Made by a program: the position numbers and the translations under genes
Notes under the pieces: generated by a model
The model's database searches: none
Seen by the model: the letters and a program-made list of their open reading frames with translations, nothing else
Told to the model about the DNA's origin: nothing
Shown here: piece after piece, positions 45,540 to 59,773 of the stretch
Position numbering within the stretch: position 1 is the stretch's first letter
How the letters are laid out: each line of letters begins with the position of its first letter
DNA from: Octopus vulgaris
Lineage: Eukaryota
Length of the DNA stretch: 64,000 nt
Direction of reading: 5' to 3'
NCBI GenBank assembly: GCA_951406725.2
Contig: OX597814.1
Location: 171,182,001-171,246,000, forward strand

Positions 45540-45639
45540 GTCTTCTACTAGCATCGGACCGACGAAAGCTTTGTGAGTGAATTTGATAGACGGAAACTGG
45601 AAGAAGCTCGCCGTGCATAATATATATATATATATATTT

Positions 45640-45919
<280 letters not shown>

Positions 45920-45962
45920 ATGTATGTATGTATGTATGTATGTATGTATGTATGTATGTATG

Positions 45963-45994
<32 letters not shown>

Positions 45995-46925
45995 TTATGC
46001 ACGGCGGGCTTGTATATATTTGTGTGTCTGTGTTTGTCCTCCCGCCATCGCTTAACAGCCGATGCAGATTTGTTTATGCCCCCCCCCCCCCGTAGGGCGA
46101 GACGACCGATAGAAATAGGTACAAGACTTACAAAGAATAAGTCCTGAGGTCGATTTCTTCGACCCTTTAATGCCGGTGCTCCAGCATGCCCTCAGTCAAA
46201 TCACTGAAACAAGTTAAAGAATAAAAGAATATAAGAATATATAGCTACTTATTCACTAGTTTAACAAGTACATACTTCAACTCGTTATCAATGAAAAGTT
46301 GGAATTCTCTCTAAGGAATCCTAACAGCGGATTCATTTACTTTTATAATGAGAACATTTTATCTTACTTAGTAGCAAAAGACTGATCCCTCTACGTGTTC
46401 CATTGATGTGTTAGAAATAGTTGTCAAGACTACTTAATTTCCCCTGCTGTCTGAAATAAAAGAAGAAAGCAAATAAACGAAACGGCTCTTTAAAGTGACA
46501 AAATGGCTTTGATATTAAATCCGCTGGATTAGGCCTGACTTAGGTTAAAACTAAAAAAAAAAAACAACAAACAAACAATTTGTTTGTATGTAGACTAAGT
46601 ATACACACGTTGTATCTAATAGGATACCGCTGTGTGATATTCTTGTATATTCTATTTAATTTAGATGTTTCAATGTAGTTTACATATCACACGGACAAAT
46701 GTTTCTGTCATGTAGTGACAGAAACACTTTTTTGTAAAACAATACCATATATATGCGTTGCCGTTGTATTATCTTGTGTTTCCACGGTTGCGTACGTGTG
46801 TGTATGTCTGTGCAGCTAACTGACATAATGTGAGTGTGTGTGGTGTATGTATGTATGTGTGTGTATATACATACATACATATATATATGCAAAACAATAT
46901 ATATGTATATATATGTATACTTATG

Positions 46926-46975
<50 letters not shown>

Positions 46976-47024
46976 TATGTGTATGTATATATGAATGTAT
47001 GCGTGGATATATATATATACATAT

Positions 47025-47063
<39 letters not shown>

Positions 47064-47237
47064 CATTTATACACACACACACACACACATATAAACATAT
47101 GTGCGTGAGCCTAAGTGTATGTATGTGTGTGCACACATATAGATACACGCACATATATTGATATAGATATATGTGAATGTACATGTATCTATCTATCTGT
47201 CTGTCTGTCTATATACACACACATATATATACATATA

Positions 47238-47300
<63 letters not shown>

Positions 47301-47526
47301 GTGTGTATATATATACATATACAGATTTATATACATATGTATATATATATATATATATATATATTCACATGGAATTATGCGTATACATACATACATAAAA
47401 TATATATATTATAAACCTATATTTATCTAGCTATCTCTCTCCATCTCCCAGTCTTCGTATCAACATATAAATATATGTGCATTTGTGTGTGTCTGTATCC
47501 GCACGCGTTTGTGTCTGTATATATAT

Positions 47527-47622
<96 letters not shown>

Positions 47623-47623
47623 G

Positions 47624-47801
47624 TACATATAAGAGGGGTGACCACTAAATGTACATCCATTATGCTAGAACTAGACCCCTATGATCTTACCACTAAGAAA
47701 GAATTTTTCTCAAAATCCTTTCTCAGTGGTAAGACCATAGGGGGAGAAGTCTACTTGTAGCATAATGGATGTACACTTAGTGGTCATCCTCCTTATATGT
47801 A
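47624..47801. mobile_element. Palindromic mariner-type MITE
   Basis: tataagaggggtgaccactaaatgtacatccattatgcta / tagcataatggatgtacacttagtggtcatcctccttata, plus inner inverted segment. Confidence 0.7.
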
Positions 47802-48031
47802 TATAATATAATGTTTCTGAATCTTCAGATTTTTCAATATGCTAGAGCCACTGGTTTTAAATAGATATTAATCAAATTAATTTGATTTGATTTTTTCACC
47901 CTTATTATTCTAAATTTAAAATTATATATAGATAGATACATAGGCAGACATACATACATACATACATACATACATACAGACAGATAGACAGACAGATAGA
48001 CAGATAGACAGACAGATGGATAGATAGATAA

Positions 48032-48098
<67 letters not shown>

Positions 48099-48109
48099 GA
48101 TAGATAGAT

Positions 48110-48283
48110 AAGTTTCTTTATTGGCCACACAGGGCTGCACACAGATGGGACAAGTTACAAGGTAGAGCTTTTCTTTTGGGGGATGAAAAAACAAAAAACA
48201 AAAAACAAAAGAAAAAAAAGACAGACAGATAGATAGACAGATTGACAGACAGACAGACAGACAGACAGACAGATATAGATAGG

Positions 48284-48342
<59 letters not shown>

Positions 48343-48450
48343 GTTTCTTTATTGGCCACACAGGGCTGCACACAGATGGGACAAGTTACAAGGTAGAGCT
48401 TTTTCTTTTGGGGGATGAAAAAAACAAAAAACAAAAAACAAAAGAAAAAA
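48110..48450 (-). mobile_element. Two tandem copies of a LINE-like 3' end (…gtgtggccaataaagaaa) embedded in (GATA)n/(GACA)n
   Basis: Near-identical ~110-bp units at 48110 and 48340; related plus-strand copy at 63845-63910. Confidence 0.6.
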
Positions 48451-48475
48451 AGACAGACAGATAGATAGACAGATT

Positions 48476-48517
<42 letters not shown>

Positions 48518-48549
48518 TAGATAGAAGAAATACATCTACATTCACATAT

Positions 48550-48603
<54 letters not shown>

Positions 48604-48808
48604 TATGTAGAGATTATGTGGATATAATTTAATGAGCTAAAATTCTACACAAGTGACTCGATGTCCGAGGATATCTGGTTTCACATTTATCAGACTTGAA
48701 GGTGCATATGTGTGTGTGTTTTCTATAGACATGTATGAGTGCATCTACAGCCAGACATATTGACACGCACACACAGGAGAAATACATACACATGTATACA
48801 TACATACA

Positions 48809-48843
<35 letters not shown>

Positions 48844-48929
48844 TTTTTGTGTGTATAAATATATATGTACACGTATATTTTTGTATATATACGTATGCAT
48901 ATATATATATATATATATATCCCATATAC

Positions 48930-48960
<31 letters not shown>

Positions 48961-49236
48961 CGTATACATACATGTATATATTATATACATATATATATAT
49001 ATATATATTGATACATACGTATATACATTTATTTGTGTGTGTATATATATACATAAACATACATATATACATTCAAGCACAATATCATATATATATTAAT
49101 AGTAACGGTAAGTTTTATCATGGCAACCGAATAATTGTCACATATATTACAAATGTATATATATATATATGTGTCAAAAGGTAAAGATCCTATATTTTTG
49201 TATCCTTTTGTGTATATTGATATCTATATAACTTTA

Positions 49237-49282
<46 letters not shown>

Positions 49283-49373
49283 CCTATCTATCTACCTATC
49301 TATCTATCTCTCTCTCTCTATCTATCTACACACACACATTTTATATATATATACATATATCTATATATAAGTA

Positions 49374-49414
<41 letters not shown>

Positions 49415-49741
49415 CTATATATAAATATATAACTATTATATATAAATATATATATCTATATATATATTTATATATTTATAGATATATAATATATATATAT
49501 ATATTATATATATATTTATAGATATATAATATATATATATTTATTTATAGATATATAATATATATATATTTATTTATAGATATATAATATATATATACAT
49601 ATATTTATTTATAGATATATAATATATATATATATATAAATATTTATAGGTATATAATATATATATTATATATTTATATATTTATAGATATATTATATTT
49701 AAAGATATATATATCATTCCGTCTACCTATGTATAAATATG

Positions 49742-49774
<33 letters not shown>

Positions 49775-49775
<1 letters not shown>

Positions 49776-50100
49776 TTACCCCGTGCCATCCGTCCACAAC
49801 AAAAATCTAAATCGCATCTCATAACAACAATACGGCACAATTATTTCACCTCAATTGGACCCGCTCTCTTCAACATTATACCAGAACACATCAAAACAGA
49901 AACTGACCACACAAAATTCAAGAAGTCTGTGGACAAATTCCTTCAAACAGTCCCGGACAAACCACCCACACCCGGATATGTCTCTACAAACAACAACTCT
50001 CTGCTCGAATGGGCCTTGGTGCCCAGATCTTGAATTGAAAGACTTCGCCATGTGGTGCTATCAAGTTAGACATGGCCTGGGCCAATACTGGCCAAAAACT
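49775..50100 (+). mobile_element. 3' fragment of a second CR1-like LINE family
   Basis: RHNYFTSIGPALFNIIPEHIK...FKKSVDKFLQTVPDKP, homologous to GPQLFNILP...[16 protein letters not shown] of the 57 kb element. Confidence 0.8.
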
Positions 50101-50109
50101 ATATATATA

Positions 50110-50520
50110 GGCGCAGGAGTGGCTGTGTGGTAAGTAGCTTGCTAACCAACCACATGGTTCCGGGTTCAGTCCCTCTGCGTGGCATCCTTGGCAAGTGTCT
50201 TCTGCTATAGCCCCGGGCCGACCAATGCCTTGTGAGTGGATTTGGTAGACGGAAACTGAAAGAAGCCTGTCGTATATATGTATATATATATATATGTGTG
50301 TTTGTGTGTCTGTGTTTGTCCCCCTAGCATTGCTTGACAACCGATGCTGGTGTGTTTACGTCCACGTCACTTAGCGGTTCGGCAAAGGAGACCGATAGAA
50401 TAAGTACTGGGCTTACAAAGAATAAGTCCCGGGGTCGATATGCTCGACTAAAGGCGGTGCTCCAGCATGGCCGCAGTCAAATGACTGAAACAAGTAAAAG
50501 AGTAAAAGAGTAAAAGAGAT
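50110..50520 (+). mobile_element. SINE family B, full length, young
   Basis: Complete consensus; shares diagnostic variants with 30620-31022. Confidence 0.9.
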
Positions 50521-51091
50521 ATATAATATACATATATATCATTCCGTCTACCCATGTATAAATATGTCTCTCTCTCTCTCTCTCTCTGTATATATATATT
50601 ATATTTATATACATACCGATACACACATCCATATATACACAAAAACTTGTATACGCACACACACATACTTATATTAAATTGAAATCAGAATCCTATCCAG
50701 TATTTGTCATTGTCTTTAATCCTGTTTTAGTTTTGTGATGTAGTTCAGCCTCGTATAAGACTTGATCCTGCAATGCCGTTCTACAAACCTTGTCATTTCT
50801 GTTGCAAACAATGTTACTTTAACCCCCTTCCACCCCCCACTTCATATAACAGCTCAAATGAAATTGCTCAAGTGAACAGTTTAGCATGAGACCAACTTTA
50901 CTGAAAGCGATTTTAGGATGTAACTTTTTGTCAACTCGCTTTCAAAATCCTGTTACACTGTACGGGATAATTGCATTATCCAAGTGTGTATAATTCCCAT
51001 TACGAAAGGACATGTAACTGTTATTCCTAGCCAGCTGAATGTCCTGGTACAGGGAATTTTATATGGTTTGCTTTCTCTCTCTCTCTCTCAC

Positions 51092-51140
<49 letters not shown>

Positions 51141-51317
51141 CAGAGAGAGACAGAGAGACAGACACAGACAGAGAGAGAGACAGAGAGATTATGTTTATAC
51201 GTATTTACATATATATGAATATTTATATATATGCTTGATGTATGTATGTATTTATGTGTGTATATATATATATATGTGTGTATATGTGTGTGTATATGTA
51301 TAATGTAATGTGTAAAA

Positions 51318-51361
<44 letters not shown>

Positions 51362-51552
51362 CACACACACACACATATATGTATACATATGTATGTATGT
51401 ATATGATTTCGCTGAGGCATAGCGATCCTAATAACGAGTTGTTGCAATCGAATATACTTAACAGTTTAGAGTAAAGAAACATCAGGTGGATACAGAGCGT
51501 AATATTAATTAGTGTGTGACAAATGAACAATAATCACACAATCATTTTCAGT

Positions 51553-51632
51553 AGCTTACATCTGTTTCTGCTGTAAAAAACCTGCGCTCAGTGTTGAGTG
51601 CCGGTGCAACAAAATATAACCTCGTCAGAGCC
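51553..51632 (-). ncRNA. Hammerhead ribozyme-like motif with long stem-II loop
   Basis: ggct-CTGACGA-g-gttata...tacagc-a-GAA-ACAGATGT-A-agct. Confidence 0.5.
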
Positions 51633-51666
51633 GATGAAATGAAGTGTATGTCTATCGCGGAAAGCG

Positions 51667-51706
<40 letters not shown>

Positions 51707-52232
51707 TGCACGCACGCACACACACTCATGCACACACACACACGCGCACTCATACAGACATACACACAACACTCACATGCACATGAATATACGAAAATGA
51801 CTTTTACAAGAAGAATGCTGATAGTCACATCGAAGATTCTGTCTGCTCAGTCTGCCTGATGAAGGCAAGTAGGCTGGAACTTCTAAGATACTGTCATTTA
51901 TTTTCTTGTGAAATTATAGTAAATATGTGCTCGACAAAAGTATTGTGTAATTTTTCAGTTAAAGGTTAAATTGTCATTTTAACTGATTATCAAAGTAAAC
52001 ATTAATATGTGTATACACATATATACCTATAAACACATCTGCATACCCCCCCCACACACATATACTTTATATATATATATATATATATAATTATAAATTA
52101 GGGTATCTACGAGATACCACCATGCTGAAAATAGCAGCCATGATCTGACTTTAAAACCATCTAAATTGTCCATATATCAACACGGAGAGAAAACAATGAG
52201 ACACGATGAAACAAGTAAAAAATTACTGGATA

Positions 52233-52290
52233 ATTCTAGATCCGGATTTCTGACTTTGCATTTATGAATGCTTTGCCTCGTCAGTAGAAT
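52233..52290 (-). ncRNA. Minimal type-I hammerhead ribozyme motif (best example)
   Basis: ATTCTA-CTGACGA-ggcaaagcattcataaatgcaaagtca-GAA-ATCCGGAT-C-TAGAAT: 6-bp stem I, palindromic stem III, AUC cleavage triplet. Confidence 0.65.
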
Positions 52291-52483
52291 ACACACAGAA
52301 GAGAAACATAAATACATATATATATATATAAATACAACATATGAATACTTACATATACGAATGTATACCTATATATATATGCACGTATGCATCATGGCCA
52401 GTTCAAAATGCCCGCCGTTTTATTCCATGTGAGATATGGTCAAAATACAGTGTGACGAAATAAATTTAAATTTATATAAATTT

Positions 52484-52552
<69 letters not shown>

Positions 52553-52616
52553 TACACACAAACATGCACGCGCACACACACATTCCAAGAACCCCTATAT
52601 CATCTAAGCTTGTGTT

Positions 52617-53415
52617 AATATGCCGCAACCTAGATACTTTGGACGAAAAGGAGCAGCAGTCCCAGAGTTAAGTACAGTCCGTGATCTGGGGATTATGAGC
52701 AACAACACCTCTTTTCACGTGCATTTCACTAAGATGAAGGAAATGTACTGGCCAATGGCCAGATAGAGTCTGATAAAACTTCGGACCAAGGAACCAGGAA
52801 ACTATGCTAGTTCTATTGATGTCATTTGTCCACAGTCTTTGGACTATAACTCTCAACTGCAGTCTCCAGTCACCCAACGATATCAAATTAATACCGGAAC
52901 TTGGGGCAGTTCAGCAGTGCTACACCAGGAAGATTGCATTAATGGAACAGCTGAGCTACTGGGAGAAACTGAAAGAGCTACGATTTTATTTTCTGGAGCA
53001 AAGACGGGAGAGATATGCAGTTATACGTATGGAAGATCTTGAAGTGGCTGGCGCCAAACTTTGGCATCAAGCCCTCTAACTGGACGTCACTGCTTTGTTG
53101 CAAAGATCCCAGCCATCCCGGCTAGTGATTATGTACAAAAATAACTTGAAATTCAAGGTCCCAAGGTCCCTTGTCAAAACATCTGAGAGATCTACATAGA
53201 GCAGGGGTAGATGTCTTGAGCTCGGGACCTCCTTCCTCTCCACGGTCCCAGATGAGTCCACATCACAGCAAGAAACCAAAATGAGGGTAGTAATATCGAA
53301 CTCACTCCTTTACCAAAACTTATCACAGAACAATGGCCATTGAAAAGGGGGTGACACTGGCGGTGCCCCAGCAAGGCCACTGCTATTGGGCTGAAATGTA
53401 TAAAAGAATAAAAAG
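52617..53415 (+). mobile_element. Old degenerate CR1-like LINE 3' fragment
   Basis: LSYWEKLKELRFYFLEQRRERYAVI; collinear with 57300-58090; many frameshifts; ends with ggcggtgccccagca..ggcc tail. Confidence 0.8.
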
Positions 53416-53534
53416 AATATATATATATATATATATATAGGGAGAGTTTACGAAAAAAAAAACACAATAGACAAAGACAGGTAGTGTACAAAACAAACAG
53501 ATGTATTAGTATAAAGCTCAGGAATAGAAAAAGT

Positions 53535-53570
53535 CTTTTATGTTTCGAGTCTACGCTCTTCTACAGAAAG
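53535..53570 (-). ncRNA. Degenerate minimal hammerhead-like motif in a Penelope-like repeat (53445-53605)
   Basis: cttt-CTGTAGA-a-gag(cgtaga)ctc-GAA-ACAT-A-aaag; downstream cctgagc..taatac resembles the 4728/31278 family. Confidence 0.4.
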
Positions 53571-53623
53571 GGACACAGAAAAAAACAAGGAGAGAAAAAA
53601 TGTGTGTAGGTGTGTGTGTGTAT

Positions 53624-53684
<61 letters not shown>

Positions 53685-54354
53685 TATATAAATAGATAAA
53701 TAAATAAATACATACACACATATGTCAATTTCCTTGCGTGAGATGTTTCTGTGTTTACTTTTATACGCGTCGAAAGAAAAAACTTTTCCTGTTGTTTACG
53801 ATCAAAAATCTAACCGATCAATAAATATCGATAACATAAGTACTACACTAAAGCAAATGGGTGGATCGATACGGCCGACTGAGGAGAACCCTCTTAGGCA
53901 ATGCTCCAGCAACGCCGCAGTAATTTTGCTTATAGCAGTAAAAGAATGGAACCTGAAAGACCCCCCCCCTCCTTACCACCATATTGCACAGGCATATGAA
54001 TTACATATATATACGCACGTATATAAGTATATACATGCACAAATACATATATTTCATATATACCTTATGCATATACAAATATTAGTTGTGCGTATGTATA
54101 TGTATGTGTTTGCATGTATGTGTATGCACATGTGTGTAGATATAAAATGTAAATGCATATATATATATGTGTGTATATATATATATTTTTTTAATATTTT
54201 ATCTTGTTTTATCTAGTTTCAGCTCACGAGCTGTGGCCATGCTGGGGCACTGCCATATATATATATAAATATATATATCTATATATGTACATATATACAT
54301 ACATATATATAATATACATACATATATATAATATAATATACATACATATATATA

Positions 54355-54413
<59 letters not shown>

Positions 54414-54500
54414 ATGTGTATGGGGGGGTATATATATTTGTATATATGTGTGTGTGTATAAATAGAGAGAGGGAGAGAGAGAGAAATGCTATATATATAT

Positions 54501-54534
<34 letters not shown>

Positions 54535-54644
54535 ATATACACACACATCTACACAGGCACACACATATATATATATAGATATTCGATTCAAATATATAAG
54601 TATATCTGTAAATCTATGAAGGTATCTATAAAGCAATCAGTGTC

Positions 54645-54677
<33 letters not shown>

Positions 54678-55420
54678 CTCCCTATATGTGTGTGTGTCTA
54701 TGTATCGCTCTATCCGTACGTGTGCATTTGCCTTGTGTAGCAGAGTGTGTATAAGTGTAAACACATTATTTATCTATCTGTTTGTCTGTCTGTCTGTCTG
54801 TCTGTTTCTCTCTCAAGTGATAGATATAGACATATCTATATAATTAATTAATTAATAAGGGTGAGAGAATTAGATACTAATTTAATAGTATATCTATTCA
54901 ACACCAAGTGGCCTAGTGCTACGAGAAACCTGGATTATTCAAATACTGTTTGCTCTATTATAAGTATTCTGTAAATCTATAAATATAAAGCAATCAGTGG
55001 TCTCTTTCCTATATGCGTCTCACTCTCTTTTCTGTCTTTCTGTTTCTCTCTCTCTCTCTCTCCCTGCTATGTGTGTGTCTGTCTATGTATCGGACAGGGC
55101 AAATAAAAAATAACAAAAATACAGATTATTTTGGGACAATTGTTTCGCTATTAATGAATTAAATGTAGTGCCTATATGTATATACAAACATACGTGCATA
55201 TATACATATATATATATATATATACGCATATATATATATGCAAATATATACTCACACATATATATACATGTTTACATATATATATGTATACATACATACA
55301 TTTATATGTATATATATATATAATATATATATATGTATAATATATATATATATATATGAAATATATATATATATGAAATATATATATATATACACACATA
55401 TATATATATAATATTTATAT

Positions 55421-55473
<53 letters not shown>

Positions 55474-55528
55474 AGTGTACATACGCACATATATATATGT
55501 ATGTATACATACATTTCTATACACACAC

Positions 55529-55586
<58 letters not shown>

Positions 55587-55825
55587 CTACATACACTAAA
55601 ACATCATTGTTTATGTTTTCTCTGTCAAACGTCTGGCGGTAACAATAAACAAATAGATTTTGTGAAGCGAGCTCACTGTACATACATATCATGTGTAGGT
55701 ACACTCGACTCTGTAAACAGCGACAGGTGTTTTGATAACGTTCCTTCTTGAGCTCAGGCTTTTACTTGAGTGTAACTCAGGTAAAGACACCTCGATGACA
55801 TGCATACTTAATATTTGCATTCATA

Positions 55826-56088
55826 AAGGCGGCGAACTGGCAGAATCGTTAGCAGCAATTCGGGCGAGATGCTTAAGCGGTATTTCGTCTGCCGCTACCG
55901 TTCTGAGTTCAAATTCCGCCGAGGTCAACTCTTCCTTTCATCCCTTCGGGGTCGATTAAATAAGTACCTGTTGCGCACTGGCGGTCAAAATAATCGACTT
56001 AATCCGTTAGTCCCCTCTGTGTTTAGCCCCTTGTGGGTAGAAAAAAGAAATAGGTATTTTGTATGGCGTTACATTCTGAGTTCAAATG
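55826..56088 (+). mobile_element. SINE family A with the start of a second tandem unit
   Basis: aaggcggcgaactggcagaatcgttagc...aaagaaata|ggtatttt...ttctgagttcaaat. Confidence 0.8.
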
Positions 56089-56144
<56 letters not shown>

Positions 56145-56283
56145 ATATATATCAAGATTAATCAGCCGAAATTGCTAGGATGATCCGATTCTTGACTGAA
56201 GATTGAAGGCTTCGGATGTCCCGTCCGTGTCTTTTGTATCGTCTTCTAAATGTTTTACGTTCTTGTCCCAGTTTGTATTTTTC

Positions 56284-56289
<6 letters not shown>

Positions 56290-56361
<72 letters not shown>

Positions 56362-56464
56362 ATATGTGTATATGTGTATATATGTATATATATGTATATA
56401 TATGTATATATATGTATATATATGTATATATATGTATATATATATATATGTATATATATATATG

Positions 56465-56495
<31 letters not shown>

Positions 56496-56498
56496 GTG

Positions 56499-56529
<31 letters not shown>

Positions 56530-56550
56530 GTATATATATGTATATATATG

Positions 56551-56623
<73 letters not shown>

Positions 56624-56730
56624 GTGTATATATATATATATGTGTATATATATATGTATATATATATATGTGTATATATATATGTGTGTATATATATATA
56701 TATGTGTATATATATATATGTGTGTATATA

Positions 56731-56781
<51 letters not shown>

Positions 56782-56995
56782 GTATATATATATGTATATA
56801 TATATATGTATATATATATATATGTGTATATATATATATATGTGTATATATATATGTATATATATATATGTGTATATATATATATGTGTGTATATATATA
56901 TATATGTGTATATATATATATGTGTGTATATATATATGTGTGTATATATATGTATATATATATATGTATATATATATATATGTATATATATATAT
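56290..56995. repeat. ~700-bp compound (TA)n/TG microsatellite
   Basis: Direct reading. Confidence 0.95.
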
Positions 56996-56996
56996 T

Positions 56997-58110
56997 AACA
57001 CGCAAATAGTGAGCGGGGCACTGTTTTGGGACTTCTACTGTTCATAATGGCCTCAGCCATGCCCTCAGCCACGCAGAGAGCCACGATCACAAGTTATGTA
57101 GATGATACAAAGTTTCACAGGCAATACAGAACCCTGAAGACTCTAAGCACCTGCAATGTGAGCTGGACAAAATATACAAGTGGGCTGAAAAGAATAGCAT
57201 GCAGTTCAATGCTGAAAAGTTTCAAGCTTTATGCTATCAGCATGCAAAACTAAATGCAATACCCAATGAATACACTGGACTTGGAGGGATTGCAATCCCA
57301 GAGGCACAATCAGTGCGTGACCTGGGTATTTACATGAGTAATGACGCAACCTTTCATGTACATGTTGCTAAATTGGCAATGAAATGTAGACGGCTGGCCG
57401 AATGGATTCTTAGAACCTTTAGAACAAGAGACCAAGAAACCATGATGGTCCTCTGGAGGACAATTGTCCTAAGCCACTTTGACTATTGCTCTCAGCTATG
57501 GTCCCCATCCAGTGTCAAGTTGATCACAGAACTTGAGGCGATCCAACGAAGCTACACGAAGAAGATAGCCTCTGTGCAGCATATTAGCTACTGGGAAAGA
57601 CTCAAGAGATTAAAACTCTATTCCTTGGAGCGTAGGCGAGAAAGATATGCCATAATATACATCTGGAAGATCCTGGAAGGACTTGTCCCAAACTTTGGCA
57701 TCGAGAGTTACACAAATGCCAGAACTGGGGGCCACTGCATGGTGCCAAGGACTCCAAATTTCCCATCAAGATGTAGGACAAGATACTGTGATAGCCTGGG
57801 CTTCAGAGGCCCACAGCTCTTCAATATCCTCCCGAAGAACCTGAGGGACCTGCATAGGGTGGATGCGGATGTCTTTAAAGTAGGACTGGATCTCTTCCTG
57901 TCAGGTGTCCCGGATGAACCAACTTCACGGCAGGAGGTGCAGATGAGGGCAGCTGCGTCCAGCTGCATCGAACTCTCTCATGCACCAAATGGCAGTTGCT
58001 AAAAAGCATTCGTGAAGTAAAATCATGTAGCAACACCAAATGGCGGTGCCCCAGCATGGCCACAGCTCGTGAGCTGAAACTAGATAAAAAATTTTTAAAA
58101 ATAAAAAAAA
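56997..58110 (+). mobile_element. 5'-truncated CR1-like LINE: end of RT domain plus C-terminal region and 3' UTR
   Basis: [64 protein letters not shown]; frameshift near 57110; ORF 57199-58002; A-rich tail. Confidence 0.9.
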
Positions 58111-58330
58111 AAAATAAAATATGTATATATATATGTATATATATATGTATATATATATATATGTATATATATATGCATATATATATGCATAAATATTTGT
58201 ATATATATATATATATGTATATATATATGCATAAATATTTGTATATATATATATGTATATATATATGTATGTATATGTATATATATAAATATGTATATAT
58301 ATATGTATGTATATATATGTATATATATAA

Positions 58331-58367
<37 letters not shown>

Positions 58368-58381
58368 TGTTTATAAATATA

Positions 58382-58448
<67 letters not shown>

Positions 58449-58553
58449 GTGTTTGTGTGTGTTTATAATTCAGATATGCCTATAATGACAAGTTAATTTG
58501 TTTTATTATAGTGGAAAAACTACATTTGTAGCTAAACTTCTTTGTTGAATTCC

Positions 58554-58601
<48 letters not shown>

Positions 58602-59013
58602 AGATATATATACATATATATATTTATTTATATATATATATATACACGCATATGTGCATATATTAATATATTTAAAGGCGGTGCTCCAGCATGGCCGCAG
58701 TCAAATGACTGAAACAAGTAAAAGAGTAAAGAGTATATATGTGTGTTTGTATGTCTGTGTGCGAATGTAGGAAAGAACGTTTGAATGTGCGTATGCATGT
58801 ATGTATGTCTGTGAGTTTGGGTGTGTATATATACAGTTCTATAATACTTCATATATACTTTGTATATTTACCTATATATATATATATATAGGTATATATA
58901 CCTATATATTAATATATCTATAGACACCCCCCCACACACACATACAGACGCACACATACATACAGATGTGTGTGAATATGTATATATATATATATATATA
59001 TATACAGAAATTA

Positions 59014-59070
<57 letters not shown>

Positions 59071-59134
59071 CAGAAATTATATATGTATATATATATATGC
59101 AGAAATTATATATGTATAATATATACATACATAT

Positions 59135-59155
59135 AGCCTGTCGTATATATGTATG

Positions 59156-59186
<31 letters not shown>

Positions 59187-59356
59187 TTGTGTGTCTGTGT
59201 TTGTCCCCCTAGCATTGCCTGACAACCGATGCTGGTGTGTTTATGTCCCCGTCCCTAAGCGGTTCGAAAAAAACGATAGAATAAGTACTGGGCTTACAAA
59301 GAATAAGTTCCGGGGTCGATTTGCTCGACTAAAGGCGGTGCTCCAGCATGGCCGCA
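59135..59356 (+). mobile_element. 3' half of SINE family B
   Basis: agcctgtcgtata...gtttgtccccctagcattgc...aaggcggtgctccagcatggccgca. Confidence 0.8.
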
Positions 59357-59437
59357 TATATATGCAGAATATATATATATATATATTCTGTGGTGCCCCA
59401 GCATGGCCGCGGCCTTCGGGCTAAAACATTTCTAAGG

Positions 59438-59525
<88 letters not shown>

Positions 59526-59720
59526 CTATGTATGTATGTATAATATAGATGTATGTGTGCATAGGTAGCTTCGTAGACGTATACAATGATGTATTGCTAA
59601 CAACCAAACACAATGCTGACAGTGATATGCATGCCATCACTAATTGCATCTTATTCATGCCGACATGTCAGAGAAATGATCTCATTTAGTATTGTTATAT
59701 TGTCTACTTATTCTAATATA

Positions 59721-59773
<53 letters not shown>

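Noticed and set aside
56216-57047. Long ORFs (217-265 aa) of YI/CV/HT dipeptide repeats, and the many similar ORFs across the window
   Set aside because: Translations of stop-free microsatellites open in several frames and strands; no coding signal
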